Source: a candidate division WOR-3 bacterium (lineage in GTDB: Bacteria > Hydrothermota > Tepidihabitantia > Tepidihabitantales > JAOUPE01). From it: a stretch of DNA of 26,662 nucleotides. Below the pieces are notes generated by a model. The model was not told where the DNA came from and made no database searches. It saw only the letters and a program-made list of their open reading frames with translations. Position 1 is the first letter of the stretch. Each line of letters begins with the position of its first letter. The position numbers and the translations under genes are program-made. The DNA lies in the NCBI GenBank assembly GCA_039801565.1, contig JBDRUX010000024.1, positions 1-26,662 on the forward strand, given 5' to 3'. This document shows, piece after piece, positions 24,981-26,662 of the stretch.

Positions 24981-25997
24981 TTACTGTAATGTACTGAAGT
25001 AGGCTTGCCAGAATGGATCAACTTTCACCGGGAGTAGTTTTTCTTCTTTTTTATCTTTACGGACAAAGATTCTTTCGCCTTCGGTGATTTCACCAATTTC
25101 AAAAGTAGGGATACCGTTTTTCTGCAGTTCTTTAATCAATTGCGGCGCTTTAGTCTTTTCAGCAGTAATGAGCAGGGTGCCCTCGCTGATTGAAATTAAA
25201 GGGTCAATTGCAAAGAAATCACAGACCTTAGCAATCTCTTCAGGTATCACGATTTTTTCTTCGTAGATTCTGACCCCGGTGCCAGAACTTTCGGCAATTT
25301 CATAAACACCATTCAAAAGACCACCTTCGGTGGCATCGTGCATCGCATTGGCGAATTTTCTAGCGATCAAGGCTTCTCTCACCACGGTCATCTCAATCAG
25401 TCGGTTTTTTGCCTTAGCGACTACTTCTTTACCAAACTTTTCGACCAATTTTGATTCAGCCTGCAGAGCTAAAATCGCGACCGCTTCAATGGCTGGTCCT
25501 TTAGTCATAATTACCTTGTCACCAATTTTGGCATTAGAAGCTGGAGTTAACTCTTCTTTTTTACCAAAGCCCCAGACCGTGCAACCACCATTCAATGGAT
25601 AAGCAATCCCAGGATAAATACCAGTATGGCCACCAACAATGGTTATACCAAGTTTTTGACATTCGATGTGCAATTGTTTCCAAAAACTTTCTAAAGTTTC
25701 TGGCTTGGATTCGGGTGGCAAGAGGATACAGATTGCCATATATTCGGGTTTAATGCCCAACACTGCCACATCGCTGGCGCAGATATGGGCAATCGCCCAA
25801 CCAAAAAATGGCATCACGATTGGCATCCCAAAAGTTGGGTCAGTAGCAACTACCATCACGCGGTCACCTAAATCAATCACTGCGGCATCAACACCGTGTT
25901 TTGGTCCAATCAGGACATTTTTATTCGGCTTGCCCAAATAAGGGAAGATTATCCTCTCAAACGATTCCCGGTCAAGTTTACCAATTGCTGGTAACAT
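24981..25997 (-). CDS. AIR synthase-related (PurM/HypE/ThiL superfamily) protein
   Basis: GKL...F...I, V..GP..GVDAAV, TDP, SDVAV.G..P, GGHT, AMHDATEGGL and DPL..ISEGTLLI. AAGGAGG SD. Confidence 0.88.
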   Translation of the reverse strand: MLPAIGKLDRESFERIIFPYLGKPNKNVLIGPKHGVDAAVIDLGDRVMVVATDPTFGMPIVMPFFGWAIAHICASDVAVLGIKPEYMAICILLPPESKPETLESFWKQLHIECQKLGITIVGGHTGIYPGIAYPLNGGCTVWGFGKKEELTPASNAKIGDKVIMTKGPAIEAVAILALQAESKLVEKFGKEVVAKAKNRLIEMTVVREALIARKFANAMHDATEGGLLNGVYEIAESSGTGVRIYEEKIVIPEEIAKVCDFFAIDPLISISEGTLLITAEKTKAPQLIKELQKNGIPTFEIGEITEGERIFVRKDKKEEKLLPVKVDPFWQAYFSTLQ

Positions 25998-26172
25998 AAA
26001 TTTACCTCCTTACTTAAAACAACCAATGTTTCCCTCAAATCGTCGTTTAGACTATGACAAGGTTAAACTCCATTACTCCTTGCTTTTTTCGCAAGAAATA
26101 AAATTTAATTTGCAGTGATTGCTTCATTTTTTTCGGTAAATTAGAAGAATTCGGTCGGTTCGGCATTAAAAA

Positions 26173-26201
26173 TAAATACCAAATTATTATCCGGTTGTCA
26201 A
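26173..26201 (-). promoter_or_regulatory. Putative promoter for the AIR-synthase-like/thiN operon
   Basis: TTGACA (26201-26196), 17-nt spacer, weak -10 TATTTA (26178-26173). Confidence 0.35.
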
Positions 26202-26297
26202 TAACTTTATCTTTAGCATCCCCTGCAAAGAAAGTGATAATATATTGATTTCTTCGCTTTATAGTCCCTGGCGGGTTGAGGAAACCATTGCCAGACC

Positions 26298-26468
26298 TTA
26301 CAATTTTCTTATCAAAAGGAATGCTAATTGTCCGATTATAGCGTCACTACGGTCAATTTCTTCTGTTAATTTTATCACCCTCATTGCTGACTTGGTGCGA
26401 ATCAACTTTTCTCTTGGCGATTCTCGAATTTGACCTTTGACTAAATCCAATGCTGAATTGCAAGCCAT
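26298..26468 (-). CDS. Possible 56-aa ORF or gene remnant
   Basis: AGGA then ATG: MACNSALDLVKGQIRESPREKLIRTKSAMRVIKLTEEIDRSDAIIGQLAFLLIRKL*. It is below the ORF-track cutoff and has no recognisable family. Confidence 0.25.
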   Translation of the reverse strand: MACNSALDLVKGQIRESPREKLIRTKSAMRVIKLTEEIDRSDAIIGQLAFLLIRKL

Positions 26469-26662
26469 TTTCCTAAACTATCCAAAGGTCTAACTGAAAG
26501 TTTTCCTCCTTGCAACGATTAAGTCTTGCCAGAGATTTACACCTCAGACTATCGGCAAGTTTGTATTCAAGCCTCGTTTGTGTCCTACCTCCGATACCGC
26601 TCCCTATTCAGTATAGGGGGCAGCCATAGGCTAGCCTAAACGATAGGCATCAATAGAGTTTA

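Noticed and set aside
24981..25997. Selenophosphate synthetase SelD (PurM-like fold near selA)
   Set aside because: It lacks the N-terminal G-[CU]-x-x-K motif and the DFF.P signature of SelD, and no in-frame UGA extension is plausible given the strong SD at the start.
25998..26200. TPP riboswitch upstream of the ThiN-containing operon
   Set aside because: The conserved CUGAGA and following ACCUG core is not present on the minus strand of this leader.
1..26662. CRISPR array, prophage, intact IS or rRNA
   Set aside because: I saw no regularly spaced repeats and no phage, cas, complete transposase or rRNA signatures.

Overview
Bacterial chromosomal window of roughly 40-45% GC (estimated by eye), standard genetic code. 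Proteins with T9SS-like/FlgD-Ig C-terminal domains, lolE/D, mcsAB and very short uncharged signal peptides suggest an FCB-related lineage such as WOR-3 (inference). Gene order: 5'-truncated DUF2207 protein, dat, ArsB/NhaD-type permease, then on the minus strand tRNA-Lys(CUU), a small membrane protein and an S8 protease with an inserted Asp-box domain. These are followed by a secreted BNR-repeat protein, M24 peptidase-efp-accC (accB absent), a uvsE remnant, an outer-membrane barrel, an FG-GAP/PQQ propeller protein, lysS-lolE-lolD-mcsA-mcsB-selA, and on the minus strand UPF0158, a ThiN-like gene and an AIR-synthase-like gene. Main result: ORFs 7717..8940 and 9022..9942 are one reading frame broken by a single TGA (8938-8940). 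A bacterial SECIS-like hairpin follows the TGA, the TGA sits in a G-U-G-N motif that mirrors a nearby G-C-G-N, and selA is in the same window. This is a candidate 741-aa secreted double beta-propeller selenoprotein of a type I do not recognise among described selenoprotein families. Secondary results: an EF-P with a non-canonical KIAQRR loop, selA in place of clpC after mcsAB, and short palindromic repeats, some apparently inside coding sequences.
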